From: Vicugna vicugna
Taxonomy: Eukaryota
DNA length: 64,000 nt
Assembly: GCA_013265495.1 (NCBI GenBank)
Contig: MU058059.1
Location: 2,579,502-2,643,501, forward strand
Reading direction: 5' to 3'
Shown here: one piece after another, positions 61,707-64,000 of the stretch
How positions within the stretch are numbered: position 1 is the first letter of the stretch
Layout of the letters: every line of letters begins with the position of its first letter
Position numbers and translations under genes: made by a program
Notes under the pieces: generated by a model
What the model was told of the DNA's origin: nothing
Databases searched by the model: none
What the model saw: only the letters and a program-made list of their open reading frames with translations

Positions 61707-63279
61707 AAGATGCAATTACAATTAAAAAAAACAATAAACGTTTATATTTTCAAGATTTATCTGGACAAATGTTTGAAGGATATCATTCAAACAGAATAGC
61801 AGGACATCCTCTTGAAGTGGTCAGAAATAAAAATGGCCGGTAAAGGGTCACTATATCCAGAAGGCTTTGCATTTAATCAGGTGTGACTTTCACATCAGAA
61901 CAGCCATCATTACGACTTGTCACTCTGAAAGTGCACATAGGGTGGAAACTCAGGTGATAGTGGCCGTCGGTCTTCTGCCTTGTGTTGCAACCTGGCCCTT
62001 ACCAGCTCCATCCATCTGACGGCCACAGTTCTGTTAGGATGCAGAGTCTCCTATAAAATCATCATATGAGCAGCTTTTACAAGAAACTGTGTTTAGTTTC
62101 CAAGTGGAAACAGATGGGAAGCTGTAGCTGACACCCCCATCTCTCTGTGATGACTCATCGTAGGGTAAACCTGTCTGGTGTGCATGGGGCACAGCGATGG
62201 TGTAAGTTTTTCCAGAATCACATGAAGCATGAATGGGAAACCTAGTGGAGGGCAGAAAGGGCAGTTACCGATCGTCAATGTTGGCTGCATGTTTTACCAA
62301 CAAAAAGGAGAAGAAAATTCTAACGTGAGAAATGTGGACCTAAAATCCCTCCTTACCTGTCTCCCTGGGGAGGGGACCTGCTAGCTCAGATGCCGAGGAC
62401 TGTCATGTTCTGATTAAAAAAGGCAGAAGCCCTGAGAAGAATGGATCCTGTGTAGCGAATTGAACATTGCATCCCTCCTATTTTTCATCCTGAACTCATT
62501 TAGCAGAGGAAATGGATATTTCATCAGAAGTAGAGTTGACATTCCATCACATTATACCGTAAACAGGGACAGGCGGTGCTGGGAAATGGGGAGGCCGGGG
62601 AGCTAAGACAGTAGCCACTGGTTATCTCATTTAAACAGATACGAAGTGTGGGTGCCAGCAGTGTGACCAGCAGCCGCTTCCCACTTTGTGAATAAATTGC
62701 TTAGAAGGAGTCTTTTGCCTACCAGATGTGACCTAGATTTAAGTTTTCCAAGGCAGGGTGGGGAACAATCTCTATTGTGTTAAAAAACAATTGCTGGTGA
62801 AATGCCTGGTGCATGAGCTTATCTCCCTCCTCCAGGTGTTGGGGCTAATATGTTCTGGAATTACCGCTTCGTTTATGAAAAATAATTGGGGAAAATGTTC
62901 CAGCAAATCAAATTTGGATAAAGCCTTCGGCGAGCTAGTGTGGTGTTAGCACGTTTTTAAAAGGCAGAAAGAGCAGGGAGCCAATAGAGATAATAAAAAT
63001 ATTTTTAAAATGGTGTTTGAAAAGAGTCTCTTATAAAAGGGTCAGGCGTGGGTGGGCTCTCTGACTTGTGCTGCAGTTGAGTGAAATATGAGAGAACAAT
63101 GCGACCAATTACACCCCTTTCAGCGCCTAGGAAAGCTGTTGGAAAGAAATCAAAGCCCGTCTGTCTGCTGGCTCTGATAAGTCTCATTACTCTGTTCAGT
63201 GCGGCGACACTTTGAAAAGGTAACATCTTTATTCTCTCTTACCCACCGTCTGTGCTTTCCCGTTTCCTCTCCCCTTCAG

Positions 63280-63412
63280 GAGCCGCCACTCCCAAACCGG
63301 TCCCAGAGCCCGAGAAACAGACGGACCACACGGTGAAGATCGCCGGGGTCATCGCTGGCATCCTGCTGTTCGTGATCATATTTCTGGGGGTCGTGCTGGT
63401 GATGAAGAAAAG
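63280..63412 (+). CDS. PTPRM: PTPRM transmembrane exon (probably exon 14)
   Basis: Acceptor tttcctctccccttcAG|GA, donor AAAAG|GTgaga. 133 nt, phase 1 to 2. (G)[43 protein letters not shown](R). The 22-residue hydrophobic helix is at 63339-63404, contains GVIAG (GxxxG) and is followed by a basic stop-transfer. Confidence 0.97.
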
Positions 63413-64000
63413 GTGAGACCCTGACTGTTGTCGCACATGTGCTTCTGTCCCCCTGCCTGCCAGGGGGCTCCTCGTGTGTGAAGTTATCCTGTCGTTCATT
63501 TGGCCTTGCTGAGCGAGTCACGCCTGTGACTGAGTGTTCGCATTCTGCATCGTATGTTATCCAGGAAAAAATTTACAGTACACGGCTGGGATTGCGTATG
63601 AACATGCAGGGCGTATCCGGTCAGCTTAACCTATGGGCGTGCGTCTTCCTGCAGGTCGATACGTAAAGCTCAGTAGAAGGGGTAAAATCCTTTATTTCCC
63701 AGGAAACACTTGGTGCTCATTACCAACACACCAGGTCCTGAGGACACACGAGAGAAGACCTTTCCTTGTCATGATAGTGGAGGTGGTGATGGGGACGGAA
63801 TTCATTTGGCCGATGCTTTGTGAGGGCACCGTGCTCAGGTTAAGCAGCCCAACATCCCGGGAGAAAGGGCCACTCAAAAGACAGCCTGACAGAGGCCCAG
63901 GGCACCCGGACAAGAAGGACAGGCATTTTGGATGTTGTGTGGTTGCCCTGTCCAGCCAAGGGTGGTCGAGAGCAGAGAAAAACAGATAATACGACCATAA

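Larger units (their letters stand above)
1..64000 (+). other. PTPRM: Window lies entirely within the PTPRM transcription unit (introns about 2.76, 21.8, 1.43 and 31.2 kb between the five exons)
   Basis: The first exon seen starts after an acceptor and the last ends at a donor. No start or stop exon is in the window. Confidence 0.9.

Noticed and set aside
1-64000. A novel prokaryote-style system (operon, CRISPR array, defence island, retron)
   Set aside because: The sequence is a spliced mammalian gene interior with mammalian repeats. There is no dense ORF packing, no repeat-spacer structure and no recognisable enzyme domain.

Overview
Mammalian genomic DNA, very likely camelid (tRNA-Ala-derived Vic-1-type SINEs). 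The whole window lies inside one + strand gene, PTPRM (receptor-type tyrosine-protein phosphatase mu). Five coding exons were found by eye: 5501-5702, 8462-8564, 30351-30624, 32050-32086 and 63280-63412. All have AG/GT boundaries and splice in frame (749 nt, phases 0-1-2-0-1-2). They encode the end of the third FNIII region, the fourth FNIII domain with the RPRR furin site, and the transmembrane helix. From memory these match human exons 10-14; the numbering was not checked. The other ~99% is intron: old L2, MIR and hAT (MER) remnants, at least 8 truncated L1 3' ends, 4 camelid SINEs, simple repeats and two N gaps. Apart from the ORFs overlapping PTPRM exons or continuing their frame, the ORF track looks like noise. 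I found no prokaryote-type or clearly new biological system. The best leads are modest: (i) the exon-12 frame stays open for 100 codons into intron 12 and ends in a hydrophobic tail; (ii) a CAC/YCAY repeat, partly hidden by a gap, upstream of the 37-nt exon before the TM exon; (iii) an L1 fragment in a MER58 with a perfect 15-bp TSD and an apparent 3'-transduced tail; (iv) a perfect 4x46-bp minisatellite. Repeat boundaries are approximate and family names come from recalled consensus sequences.
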